Shown here one piece after another: positions 49,722 to 62,120 of a stretch of DNA of 64,000 bases (position 1 is its first letter; the number at the start of each line of letters is the position of its first letter). Origin of the DNA: Pseudogymnoascus verrucosus (Eukaryota); NCBI GenBank assembly GCA_001662655.1, contig KV460231.1. One strand, given 5' to 3'. The notes under the pieces were generated by a model, which ran no database searches, was not told the DNA's origin, and worked only from the letters and a program-made list of their open reading frames with translations. Made by a program: the position numbers and the translations under genes.

Positions 49722-50393
49722 ATGGCCTCAACGACAACCACCACAACCACAGCGGGGACGACGGCGGATATAGACGCACTCTTGACGACTTATCTCGAGC
49801 TCTTGCATACGTACACCACGCTGCGGAGCAAGTTGACTGCGCTACAATCATCCGTACGTCCCCCCTCCTCTCTCCTCATTTCAAGAATACAAGCTAACGA
49901 GAAGAAGACATCCCTCTCCCTCGCCCGCGCGAACTTCAGTACACCACATCAGATGGGTTATACATCCGGCAGTAACTCCAAACTACGCGCTTCAGTGCGA
50001 CTGCACGTCATTCCACCGGATGACGATGAAGCCAACGGCAGTGAGGAAGAGGGAGAGGGAGAGGCGGTGTTCACACTCCACGCCATCGACCCTGAACCCG
50101 CCTCGAAGAAGAAAGAGGGAGATGATACGGGTGATGAGGATGAGGAGCGTGGTGCAGACGACGAGGAGGGAGAGGATATAGATCCCACACCCTCAACAGT
50201 GAAAGGACCGCCGCCACTTCCACACATATTTGGCGTCCTAGCCCCGCCCTCCCTACGAGAAGCGCAGGCGTCGGCGATAGACGCGGTACAGATGATAGTC
50301 GAGCTGGCTGGTGTCAAGGTGAGGATGAGGGGTTTAGAAGTTGAGGTGCGTCGTGCGCGGAAACGGGCGCTCAGGGCTGAGAAAGGACGGTAG
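49722..50393 (+). CDS. VMA22: V-ATPase assembly factor Vma22/CCDC115-like
   Basis: IDALLTTYLELLHTYTTLR, SLARANF, FGVLAPPSLREAQ; probable intron 49854-49907. Confidence 0.75.
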   Translation: MASTTTTTTTAGTTADIDALLTTYLELLHTYTTLRSKLTALQSSVRPPSSLLISRIQANEKKTSLSLARANFSTPHQMGYTSGSNSKLRASVRLHVIPPDDDEANGSEEEGEGEAVFTLHAIDPEPASKKKEGDDTGDEDEERGADDEEGEDIDPTPSTVKGPPPLPHIFGVLAPPSLREAQASAIDAVQMIVELAGVKVRMRGLEVEVRRARKRALRAEKGR

Positions 50394-51366
50394 GGGTGGG
50401 GGGTTAGGAGGAGGGAGGGACTGAGGGGGAGGGTGTGGGAGGGAGGTGGGTGAGTGGGTGTAGGGTAGGGTAGGTAGCTACGATTAGATCACGATGAGCA
50501 GGATATACAAATACAGATATAAACACACACTTACACACTTACACACTTACAAAATCACACACAACAGACCAAACCACAACAGACCAAAAACGGAAGTAGT
50601 GCTCAAAAACCCAGGTATTCCATTATCCCCACTCCCAGACTATGCCACTAAATGTCCCTATGCCCTGACATCCCACGCCTATCTCATATTACATCTCCCC
50701 TCTCTCCCACTCCCTGGGGGTAGGTGTCGCTCTATTATATGGTATTATATCTCTCCCCTCTCTTCTCCTTCCATCTTCAGTCCATCCGTATCTCACCAGC
50801 TTCCATCCCCTCCCGTATCCAGCCCGTTTTCGTTCCTCTCGCGTCCCTTTCCAAATGAAACTAGGCTTCGATCCAAAAAAGACTAGCGATTAAAAAAGAC
50901 CTAAGACCTAAAAAGCAGGGATGATATCACAACGCGCGCGCGACGCAGCAAAAAACAGTAAAGCAAATAGCGCCCGAGATTCCAACCGCGAAAAACAAGT
51001 AAGCACGAAAGCAATCGATGGACAACAAGAACAAAAAAAAGGTAGGCGTGCCCGTAAGGTAAGATGAGCAGCAGTGTGATAGGGTCAAAAATAACGACCC
51101 CAAAAAAAACAATAGTTTGCAAAAGGACAGCAACAAGCAGCAAAAAAAGTAGGATATTAAAACAGTAAAAACCAAAGTATACAAGCAAAGAAAGGTAAAA
51201 AAGTAAAAAAGATAGATTATCGATGTTGGTACAACGCTCGTCGCAACTCTCAGCCACTCCCTCTCCATCACCGTCAACCGTCACATCACATGGAGGTCAG
51301 AGCAGATGAAAGGCCGGACAACCACGCAGCCAGACGAAAAGGCACAACAGATCAAGCCAAAGCAGA

Positions 51367-53985
51367 CTAAGAAGCCTCCTCAGCCCACCCATTCAACCCC
51401 CCCTCCTGGAGCGCAAGTCCATACCCCCCACCCCCACCCGCACCTCCCCCCACAACACCCATCCCCGCACTCATCCCCCCCGCATTACCAAACCCCAATC
51501 CCCCCATCCCGCTCACAAGTCCCGAGAAGGAAGATTGATACGCGTGGCCCCTGCCTGCGAAACCCTGCCCACCACCGCCGCCGTTGACGCCAAGGCCGTT
51601 AGAGGAGGTGGTTGACTGGTTCGAGGAGTCCTGCGCGAAGAATGGGAGAGATGCCGCTCTCGCGTGTTGGCTCCGCGCGTTGGAAGGGGCGAGGAGACCG
51701 CCTACAGTCGTTGAGCTTGAGGTAGGGGCTGCGTAGCCGTTGGAGATAGACGCAGAATGCTGATGTCCGCCATGCGAGTGTGTTTGGATTCCTAGTCCGT
51801 CTGCTTGCCCATTCTGGTTGTTGTTGTTCTCGCCACCATTATCCCCCCCTGCACCATTCCCATAAATCTGCTGCACAAGCGCCTGCTGTCTCTGCTGCTG
51901 ATACGTCGCCTGCGCGCCCTCGAGGGACTGCTGATGCTGATGCTGCGCGTGCTGCGCCGCCTGCTGCTGGCTCATCTGATTGAGGTACATAGTCAACGGG
52001 TTATTGCTCCCCGCGTTCAGGACAGCGCTAGCGGTGTTGGCTTGGGCGGGCTGGAAGGAGGTAGTTGGGGCTTGGGAGTTTGTCGGGCTGGAGCCGTTTT
52101 GGGAGTTACTCTGGTGCCCTGCTGAGGCGGGGGAGTTGACGCCGTCTGCGCGGTTGGGCTGGGCCTGCTGCTGGGATTGCTGTTGGAGCTGGCGTGGTGG
52201 GTTTCCGCAGCGGTCTTTGCCGAAGTTGACTTTGAAGCGACGGTAATCCTCCTTTCCGCGGATGGCCTCGATGGCTTTGATAGCATTAGCGATATTGGTG
52301 AAGTTGACGAACGCGCACGATTTCTCGCGCAGCGTGTTGACGAGCTCAATCTCGCCGTACTCGGTGAAGTCCTGACGCAGACGGTCCTCGGTGAAGGACT
52401 CGTCGAGGTTGCCAACGTAGACGTTGCGCGAGGCGCCGCCGCTGACGGCGAGGGCGATGGCGGGGGGGAGGGCGCCGGAGTGCTTGCCCCACCCGATCTT
52501 GAGGCGGCGGTTGTGGATCATCAGGCCTTGGAGGTTGCTGAGGGCGTAGAAGGAGGCCGCAGAGGTGGGGTCGATGAAGGTCACGAAGCAGATGTGCTTG
52601 TCGGGGATGTAGCGGATGTGGTGTAGGAGGCCGCCACGGACGACATTGCAGATCTCTTCGATGGTGGTCTCAGGGTGGATGTTGCCGAGGTAGACGGTGC
52701 GGTTTCCGAGGTTGTTGATGCCGCCGGCGGTGGTGGCAACGGCGGCTGCTGCGACGGACTGCTGGGCTAGAGCGTTGGAGATCAGATCACGGTCCGCGCC
52801 GTTCAGGACATGGGCGTAACCAGGAGCAATACCAAGGTACTGCGCCGCGTTCTGCTGCTGGGTCTTGGACACATACGCGCAGCGGTCCTTACCGTAGTAG
52901 ACCTTGCGAGGAGCCTGCCACTTCGGCTCCTGTGGGAGCTGAGAGACCGCCTTGATTGCATTTCCAATAGACAGGAAGTGAACGAATCCGATTGCCTTTT
53001 CACGGACAATCTTGACTGTATCGATGGGGCCGAACTTGCCCAGGTCCTCGCGCAGCTCATCCTCGGTAATGTCTTCCGACAGATTACCAAGGTAAACGTT
53101 TCGCGAGGCGCCGGACTGCTGCACGGCGAGTGCAACAGACGTCGGGACCTGGGACGGCTTGCCCCAGCCGATCTTGATGTCCTGTCCGCGGATAGCCAGT
53201 TTCTTCAAGATGGCATCCGAGTGGAAGTGAGTGGCAGAGGCACCATCCAAGAAGGAGATGAACGCGCAGTTCTTGTCTGGGAGGAGTCTGACGGACTCAA
53301 TCTGTCCACTACGGACATGACCCAAAATCTCCTCAGCGGACGTCTCAGGGGGGATGTTGCCAAGATAGACAGTCCTGCTCGTTCCGGCCGCGATGCCCTG
53401 GGCCTGCTGCGGCGAAGTCGGCATCTGCATCTGCATTTGCATCTGTAGCTGCATCTGGTTCCCCAGAGCAGCGTATCCCTGAGTCGGAGACTGCGGGGCG
53501 TAGAACTGCGGAGCACCATAAGTCGACGGGGAAACTATGGCCTGGTAAAGTTGTGGTGACATCTGGCCCTGGATGGGGCTGGCCATGCCGTTTTGCTGCT
53601 GCTGCTGTCCATTATGCTGCTGGCTGAAGTTGGCAAAATTCTGGAACTGCGGGTTGGCAAATGCGGCCGGGGAGCCCGGTTGAAAGGGGCTTCCGAGGAG
53701 GAGCTGGGACGGCAGTAATGGGGTGAACTGCATGTCGAAGGCGGTCCCTGGTGTGGAGGCATCAGCCCCGTTCTGCCCTAGCGGTTGCGTGTTGATCGAA
53801 GGGATGTTCGCTGCACGGTTTGGATGCCTGTCGCCGTATCCGCCCATGGAGAACTGGTTCGAGCTGTAGGCGCCGTGGGAGAAGCCCGTCTCGGAGAGGG
53901 ATGGTTTGGAGGCATGGCCGGGGAAGCGGGAGGCAGTCCTGGCGTTTGGGCCGTTCATGGCGCTGGTTGATGCTGTTTCCTGCAT
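51367..53985 (-). CDS. MRN1: Four-RRM RNA-binding protein (S. cerevisiae Mrn1 / S. pombe Nrd1 family)
   Basis: RRMs [48 protein letters not shown] motifs; Gln/Gly-rich flanks. Confidence 0.9.
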   Translation of the reverse strand: MQETASTSAMNGPNARTASRFPGHASKPSLSETGFSHGAYSSNQFSMGGYGDRHPNRAANIPSINTQPLGQNGADASTPGTAFDMQFTPLLPSQLLLGSPFQPGSPAAFANPQFQNFANFSQQHNGQQQQQNGMASPIQGQMSPQLYQAIVSPSTYGAPQFYAPQSPTQGYAALGNQMQLQMQMQMQMPTSPQQAQGIAAGTSRTVYLGNIPPETSAEEILGHVRSGQIESVRLLPDKNCAFISFLDGASATHFHSDAILKKLAIRGQDIKIGWGKPSQVPTSVALAVQQSGASRNVYLGNLSEDITEDELREDLGKFGPIDTVKIVREKAIGFVHFLSIGNAIKAVSQLPQEPKWQAPRKVYYGKDRCAYVSKTQQQNAAQYLGIAPGYAHVLNGADRDLISNALAQQSVAAAAVATTAGGINNLGNRTVYLGNIHPETTIEEICNVVRGGLLHHIRYIPDKHICFVTFIDPTSAASFYALSNLQGLMIHNRRLKIGWGKHSGALPPAIALAVSGGASRNVYVGNLDESFTEDRLRQDFTEYGEIELVNTLREKSCAFVNFTNIANAIKAIEAIRGKEDYRRFKVNFGKDRCGNPPRQLQQQSQQQAQPNRADGVNSPASAGHQSNSQNGSSPTNSQAPTTSFQPAQANTASAVLNAGSNNPLTMYLNQMSQQQAAQHAQHQHQQSLEGAQATYQQQRQQALVQQIYGNGAGGDNGGENNNNQNGQADGLGIQTHSHGGHQHSASISNGYAAPTSSSTTVGGLLAPSNARSQHARAASLPFFAQDSSNQSTTSSNGLGVNGGGGGQGFAGRGHAYQSSFSGLVSGMGGLGFGNAGGMSAGMGVVGGGAGGGGGYGLALQEGGLNGWAEEAS

Positions 53986-55898
53986 ACCCAAAAGATGAGG
54001 TGGGAGGACAAAGTTGTCCCGCACCGGTGGTGATAATACAGCCGTGTTGAAGGATAAAGTGCCTTGTGAGGCACGAAAGTGTGTAGTAAAACTGATAGCT
54101 TCTGAAGAGAAGGTTGTAGATGGCCCAATATATGTTTAAGACAAGATCAATTCGAATTGAAAGATATTATAGCTTATAGCAGGGGCGTATAAAATGAGGT
54201 TGATATGAAGTATATAGCCCACGCGGAGGCAAAAAGGGGAGGTTTGTTTTCGATATGTTCGATGTTTGATTGCTTTCGAGCGAGATTGTATACAGGCGTC
54301 TCAGCGGACCATCGCACGAAGGGGGTTGTTTATCTTGGGGCGAGAGAGCGTAGCGTAGCGTTTCGCAGGGTTGAAGGTTTGAGCTTTCGGATAGATTTCG
54401 AAATCGGGATAGCTGCGAGCTAAACAAGCTGGTAGGCAAGAGGTATGTATGCAGCCGCGGATCTCTCCTTGCAGCAAAGAAAAAACGGTCTTCTAGAAGC
54501 TCAAAGGGCGAGAGAGAAAATCGACAGGTTCGGTGGAGCTCGGGATTTTTTTTGATCGCTGTGCTGTTGGTGTGGCTGCTGCAGGGGGCGTGTGTTAAGG
54601 AAAGGGACCTGTTTATTCGGGGAGCAGAAGAATAGGTGTAAAGGTATGCGTATTTTAACAAGGTGAACGAGATTGGAAGTAAGAAGCTGAAGCTGTTCAA
54701 AAAAATTAAAAAGGGCAAAGAACACGAAGAAGAGACACCAAAAGGAGTGGTGGTGTTTTTTGGGTATTGAAGGATGAAGGTTTGGAGATGGAGGTTTGGG
54801 GGAGGGAAGGGAAGGGAAAGAAGGGTAGGGGACAAAAAGGCAAAGGTGTGGCGGGAAGGGACCAACCAAAGAGTAGAATTGGGGAAAGAAATGAGCTTCT
54901 GGGAGGGAGAGAGAGAGGGACCTGGGGGGTGGATGGAGGGTGGAGGGAGGGGGTGGTGACTGGGATGTTCGTATCGGACGTATTGGGTAATTGGGGGCCC
55001 TGCATTTTCTCATGGGCGAGATTTGGGTGACAAGGAGATTTGAGATTAAATATGGGCGTAAATATAGAATTAATGACCGAGTTGGGGCTGAAGAAGGGTG
55101 GATAAGAGGCTGATCTGGAGGGAATATGGCTTAATGGAGTTAGAGGTTGGTGGAGATGGAGATGAGGAGTTCCATTTGATGATTTGATCTTGGATGTTGG
55201 AGCCAATGAGAGAGTTTTGCTGGGGGGTATTTCTTGTACTCTTCAAAGTAAAGCCAGAGGTGGTAAAAATGGTGGAAATGGTGGAAATGGTGGTAAGAGC
55301 ACCCACCAGAGCAACTCTAGATGTCAAGGGGAATGCTAGCCTGATTGGGGGTTAGTGTGGTTTGGGAATACTACGGATCAGGGGTAGCGGGTTGCACAGT
55401 TGAGTTAGTTTGAGTTAGGGAGGGAGGACAGAAAGGGGATAGTGCAAGTAAGTACAAAGGTACATCAGGAGAAAAAGTGGTGAAGAGGGGTGTATGTATA
55501 TAGGGAGGGTTGTATTGTATAGGAGTCAAAACACAGGGAGAGAAACAGGCAGGACAGGGAGAGGGCATACAAATACACACACAGACAGTATATTCTATAT
55601 ATCCTAGCCTCATTCTACCCATCTTAGGAGCACCAAAAAAAAAGGTCTCACCATTACAGCCACTACCAACAAGTCCCGATCGAACTCTACCTGCTAACTC
55701 ACACCCTCCGGCCCATCATATGCAGCCTCACAGTCCATGCATCCCCATCGGCCCCAGTCTTTATGCACGCTGCAACTCTTACGCACAGCGCCGCAGATTA
55801 GGGTACAGGAGGAGACCAACGCTACGACTTACGGAGGGGACTACTAACTCTACTAACACTCCTAAGCATACTCTACCGACTAACCACTACCACCACTA

Positions 55899-55940
55899 CT
55901 AACCATACTAACCATACTAACCATACTAACCATACTAACC
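55899..55940. repeat. 9-bp tandem repeat (CTAACCATA)n
   Basis: About 4 direct copies. Confidence 0.85.
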
Positions 55941-56586
55941 CTCCTAACACTACTACTATACATAACAGACAAAACATCTACATCCATACCAACCAACCCC
56001 CCGCCCCTACCAAACACCCCAAGCCCCCCAGCAAGGGGTCTGAAACTGGCAGATTGCAAACGCCTAGAACCGATGAGACATCCGTATGGAGTAACACTGG
56101 GTGTGTAGTGTAACCTGCGGGCTGCCGGTCCCAGGGAGTAGTAGTGGTGCTGTTTTGCATGGATGGGATGGGATGGGGGTGGTGGCTAGGGGGACGGACT
56201 ACATGCGGCTAGGGCGGGAGGCATGCAAGGAGGTTATTAAAAGTGTAAATTGCGAGAGAGGGTTTATCTTGCCGCTGGTGTGATCACGGGAGGAAGAGAC
56301 CAGTAACCAGAAACTAATTCACACACAGAGATTCCAGCAGATCTCGTTGACTACTGTATAAGGGATCTTGATATTGTTGCTTAACATTCTTTCTATCTAA
56401 TCAACTACTCATCACCCTGTCCCTCCCATCCACCCCCGATCACCACCACAGCATTCCATTGCACCGCCACCGCATCCAAACAATGCCACGGCTCATGCTA
56501 GCTAGCGGGACGAACGGGGACGTGGCCACAAAGAAAGCGCGACGACGCATAGACCGGGACACTCCTCCGAATGAACCCCAACTAAA

Positions 56587-58491
56587 CTACGGCTTGCAAC
56601 GCCCCATGAAGCGCGGGTACAAGCAGCACGTCCTCACAGAATGCTGGTTGCACACCCACGCGAGGAAGCGCTCTAGACCCAGTCCGTAGCCGCCGTGGGG
56701 GGAGGTGCCGTATCTGGGAGGGGGGTATGTATCAGCCGATTGCTCATTACTTTAATTTTACAGCTATGGTAGTCACGGGGGAGTAATTGAGGGGATATGT
56801 GGGGGTGCGTGGGAAACTCACTTGCGCTGGTCTGTGTACCAGTAGTACTCCTTTGGCGGGATGCCCTCGCGCTCATACGCGGCCATCAGTTCCTCGTAGC
56901 CTTCCATTCTCATTGAGCCGCCGACGATCTCTCCGACGCCGGGCATGAGGACGTCGACGCTCTCGGTGACACGCGGGTCGTTAGGGTCACGCTTCATGTA
57001 GAAAGCCTTGATAGCGGTAGGGAAGTGCGTGAGGAGGATAGGCAAGTTAATGATATCCGTCATCCTTCTTTCCGCAGCCTCCGCAATATCGTCGCCGAAG
57101 ACGTGGGGGTTGCCCTCCTCGTTGAGAATAGGGGGATCTTGGGCGTTGAGCCAGTCAATGGCGTCAGAGTAGCGCATGCGCTTGAACGGGTGCGCGGGCG
57201 CCTTGAAGTCAGGGTTGAGCTCCTTGATGTATCCCGCGATCTCGGGGTCGGCGAGGATGGTCTCGATGACGGTGCCGATCATCAGCTCGATGTGATCGAG
57301 GAGGTCGTCGAACTCGATGAAGTCCAGCTCGGCCTCGACGTGGGCGTACTCGGCCAAGTGGCGACGGGTGAGGGATTTCTCGGCGCGGAAACTCTTCTCG
57401 ATGCAGTAGACGTTGCCGAGGCTCTGGATGGCGGTCTCGAGGTAGAGTTGGGAGGACTGGGTGAGGTAGGCTTTCTCGTCGTAGTAGGGGAGCTCGAAGA
57501 GGGTGGAGCCGCCTTCGACTTGGGTCTGGACGAGGGCTGGGGGGCTGACTTTGGTGAATTTAAGGTCCTTGTAGGCTTTTGCGAAGGCCCATTCGACGGC
57601 GGAGCGGACTTTCATGACGGAGGAGGCGTTGTCGCCGCGGAGGACGAGGTGTCTGTTATCCAGCATCTGGGCGTCCCACATGTTCTTCTCTGAGGAAACC
57701 TTGTTGGTGATGGCATCGTCGCCGCTGGGCGCGGAGCCAATAACCTTGTAGTAGTCGACCTGGAGCTCACGGCCATCTGGAGCAGTGGCTCCGTCTGGAA
57801 GCTTGCGCATCTCACCGAACAGGGCAATCGAGGTGCCTTGGGCGAAGGTCAGAGCATCGTAGGTCTTGGTCAGGTCGCCGGTAAGGACACACTGCAGGTG
57901 ACCGTAACCGTCGATCAGGGTTATAAATGTAGCCTGCTTCTGCTGTCTCAATCTGTGAATGCGTCCACAAATCTTGACACGTGCTCCCTTGACATCCCCC
58001 TCTCCCAGCTTGATATTCTTATCGCCGGTTGTAGTTCTCACAGCCTTTGGCAGCGACGCATCTTCCGTGAGGACGATCTTCTTCGCGTCCTCAAGGTTGT
58101 TGAGGCGTTGCTGCTCCTTCTCAGCCTCGGCAGCGGCGATCTGCTGCTGCTTAACCAACTTCTTCTTGTGCTGGTCGAGCGCATTCTGGGCCTTCTTCAC
58201 GGCGCTCTTCGCCGGCTCCTTCCACGCCAATCGCTCAGATGGGTCACCATCCGCGCTCACGGCGCCCGTAACAGACGCGCGCTGGAGATATGACTTGTTC
58301 TCCGCGCCGCCGTGCTGGATGAATGCATAACCCAAAGATTTGTACGGCTTTGCCTCGGAGCCATCTGCGCCCTCCTCGTCCTTGCCAGCGTCCAAGTCAA
58401 TGTAGATCGCGTTGGTAGAATCGGTCTGTGCGCTTCTGGTCGGCAGAATCTCCTCGATCTTGGCCTTGACGGCGTCGAGAGTCGAAGCCAT
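56587..58491 (-). CDS. DED81: Cytosolic asparaginyl-tRNA synthetase
   Basis: OB fold [46 protein letters not shown], motif 3 [11 protein letters not shown]; intron 56714-56821. Confidence 0.97.
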
Positions 58492-58766
58492 CGTAGTCGC
58501 GGTGGGGGGGAAGTTGTGTTTATTTTTATTTCTTGTAACTCTCTTTCATCCCACAATGCCAGCGAGCCCTTTGGTGGGGGTTGTCCTCACCGCCTCTGAG
58601 TCACTAAGGGAGTCTGCCGTAAACGGATTAGCGCCTAATTAACACGGACGACGCGCTTTCCGTGCCGGCGGCCCAAGTCGCGACTTATGGAATTCTAGGC
58701 AGGCAGGCGGTCGGTCGCGAGGGAAGGTTTTAGAAGAGGGAATTCGAGTGCCTCTTTTTTTTTTCA

Positions 58767-61700
58767 ATGAACAAAGCAATTGTTGTGTCTCCAAGACGAC
58801 TTTTAATCTCTGCTGTCAACCTATCTAGTCGGCTTTTGGTTCTTAGGTCTTCCAGCACAATGCCTCCGAAACAGGCAACGCTTGGGTATGTAAAGCCTTC
58901 GCAGACTACGTTGGGGTGCGTGGAGAGCTATGAGCTGTCCAACTCCCCGGTTTTGGATATTGTTTCTGACGCTGCGGTTATACAGGAGGTTTTTTGGGGG
59001 TTCCAGTAGTGCGAATCCAGCTCCTCCGAAACAAACAACTCTCTCGTTTTCCTCGAAATCCACGAATGAATCCAAGGTCAAGACACCAGTGAAGAAAGAG
59101 GAGCTTGAGGATGAGGATACACCAAATGAGAACCGAACCCCTAAAAGTGATGAAGATGCTGTGAACGAGCAGCTGGCCTCGGAGTTGAAGGCTAGCCCTT
59201 CACCCAATGGCAAAGGTGCGTTTCCCCAACTCGGCTTGGCCATTATGGAGTGCAGGACCCCAATTAATTCAATTCAGACTCCAAGAAACGGATTAGAGAC
59301 GAGGCTCTGGAAGATTTCAAGAGTGAAGCTGCAGCATCCGACGAATCAAAAAAGCTAAAGGAGGAACAAGAGGAGGAAGAGGATGAGGAACCCGTCTTGA
59401 AACGATCGCGTCGAAGCGGCCAGGAATCTACGGTGTCGAAGAACGCATCCGAAACCAAGCCAAATAAGAAAGATACTGCAGCAGCGAATAAGAAAGGCAC
59501 GGGAAAGGCAGCTACTAAGGGTATCAAGAAGGAGATAGTCGAGATTGAAGACGATAAACCTCTCGCCAAGCCAGAGAGGAAAGCATCAGCCACCCCCGAA
59601 GCCAGCTCAGAAGTAGAGGAGGAGATTGAAGAAGATGAGGAGGATGAGAAGCCAGAATTGGCTGCGAAAACCCGAGAGAAGATACAAACAACCCTGAAGT
59701 CGAATAGCAAGGACCCATATCCAGACTGGAAACCGGGAGAGCCAGTACCATACGCAGCACTCTGCACGACCTTTTCGCTCATTGAGATGACGACGAAACG
59801 TTTAATCATTGCTGCGCATTGCTCTCTCTTCTTGCGTCAAGTCCTCCGCCTCACACCCGACGATCTCTTACCGACTGTTCTCCTCATGATCAACAAACTG
59901 GCGGCAGACTATGCTGGCATTGAGTTGGGTATTGGCGAGTCGCTCATAATGAAAGCTATCGGCGAAGCCACCGGCCGAAGTCTGGCAGTCATCAAGCAGG
60001 ATCAAAAGGAGATCGGCGATTTAGGCCTGGTGGCTGTCAAGAGCAGGTCTAACCAGCCGACCATGTACAAACCCAAGCCGCTGACGGTCAGGGGTATTCA
60101 CAAGTCTCTGTTGAATATTGCAGTGATGCAGGGCAATGGAGCACAGACCCGCAAAGTGGACGGTATCAAGAAACTGCTCTCTGCTGCTGATAGCGGAGGC
60201 GGTAAGGTCGATCTTGCAAAGGACAAGGGAGGCCCAAGTGAAGCCAAGTTCATCGTCAGGTTTCTGGAGGGTAAACTAAGACTCGGCCTGGCTGAGAAGA
60301 CGGTCTTGGTATCGCTGGCTCAGGCCATGGTCTGCCACGAGACCGAGAGTAAAGGAAGAGATAAGGTGCCTTCTACGGATCAGTTGGCTAAGGGGGAGCA
60401 AGTCCTGAAAGCCGTGTACAGGTAAGTCAATTCTTCCCACGTGTAAGATCCAGACTCTAATCTATCAAATAGTGAACTCCCCAGTTACGATGTAATTATC
60501 CCAGCTATGCTCCAGCATGGCATCTTCAACCTCCGAGACAACTGCAAGCTCCAGCCAGGAGTACCTCTCAAACCCATGTTGGCAAAGCCAACCAAGGCCA
60601 TTACAGAAGTCCTTGATCGATTCGAAGGCCAGACATTCACTTGCGAGTACAAATACGATGGCGAAAGAGCCCAGATTCATTACGTATCCAAAGACTCCGA
60701 GACAAAATACCAAAGCAGCGTTCCCGCAGCAGCCAAGGGAACAGCAGGTGGACTCGCAGCCATCTTCTCGCGCAACTCGGAGGACCTATCCAAGAAATAC
60801 CCCGATATCTTAGAGAAGCTCGGCACGTGGGTCAAGCCGGAGACCAAGAGCTTCGTCCTCGACTGCGAAACCGTAGCCTGGGACACGGTAGAGAAGAAAG
60901 TGCTCCCCTTCCAGCAACTCATGACGCGCAAGAAGAAGGACGTCAAAACCGAAGACGTCAAAGTCAAAGTCTGCGTCTTCGCCTTCGACCTCCTCTTCCT
61001 CAACGGCGAAGCCGTCGTCGAAAAGCCCCTCCGGGAGCGCCGCTCCCTCCTGCACACCGCCTTCACCCCCGTCGAGGGCGAATTCGCCTTCGCCACCTCC
61101 ATGAACGGCCAGGAAATCGACGACATCCAAACCTTCCTCGACGAGTCCGTCAAGGCCTCCTGCGAGGGCCTCATGGTCAAGATGCTCGACGGCGTCGAGT
61201 CCGGCTACGAGCCCAGCAAGCGCTCCCGCAACTGGCTCAAGATCAAGAAGGACTACCTCGCCGGCATCGGGGACTCGCTCGACCTCGTCGTCCTCGGCGC
61301 TTACCACGGAAAGGGGAAGCGAACCAGCGTGTATGGCGCGTTCTTGCTAGCCTGTTATAATCCCTCCACCGAGCGCTACGAAACAGTCTGCAACATCGGC
61401 ACGGGCTTCAGCGAAGAGGTCCTCGAGACCCTGCACGCCCAACTCTCCGACACCGTCATCGATCGCCCCAAACCCTTCTACGAGCACAGCAAGGTCAACG
61501 CGCACCAACCCGACGTGTGGTTCGAGCCGCGCTATGTGTGGGAGGTGCGCACGGCGGACTTGACGCTCAGCCCGAAGTATCGCGCTGGGTATAAGGAGGG
61601 CATCGCCGGGGATGCGGAGAAGGGGGTTAGTTTGAGGTTTCCGAGGTTTATTAAGATTAGGGATGATAAGAAGGTTGATGAGGCGACGAGTAGTAGACAG

Positions 61701-61772
61701 ATTGCGGAGATGTATAGGAGGCAGGAGAGTGTTAGTAAGGGGCCCGCGGCGGATGATGATTTTGAGTATTAG
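58767..61772 (+). CDS. CDC9: ATP-dependent DNA ligase I (second ATG at 58860)
   Basis: PIP box QxTLGRFF, active-site CEYKYDGERAQIH, CEGLMVK, WLKIKKDYL, SLRFPRF; introns 58886/58916-58985, 59216-59277, 60422-60472. Confidence 0.97.
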
Positions 61773-62120
61773 ATACTCTTATACTGGGTTTGCGGTTCGT
61801 GGGTGGGCGAGCGTTGGAGTTTATGGGATGGGCGGGCGCGCTTTGCTTTGATTTGAAGGGGAAGGGGTGTGTATACATATGAGCGTGGCTTAACTAGGAA
61901 ATATTTGCTTGTTTTAAATTCAAACGATATTTTCCACAAAAATCAAACCAAAAACGTGAAATCGCAGAATTATTGACACCAACCATATTATCAAGTCTAA
62001 CTTTGTGTGTGTGAGTGAATGCAGATTATCGAATTATCAAATTATAATTACTAATTCCCTATTTCCCTATTTCCTTCCTTATCACCGAACGTTTTTACCA
62101 GCCAATGTATGCATATCCAC

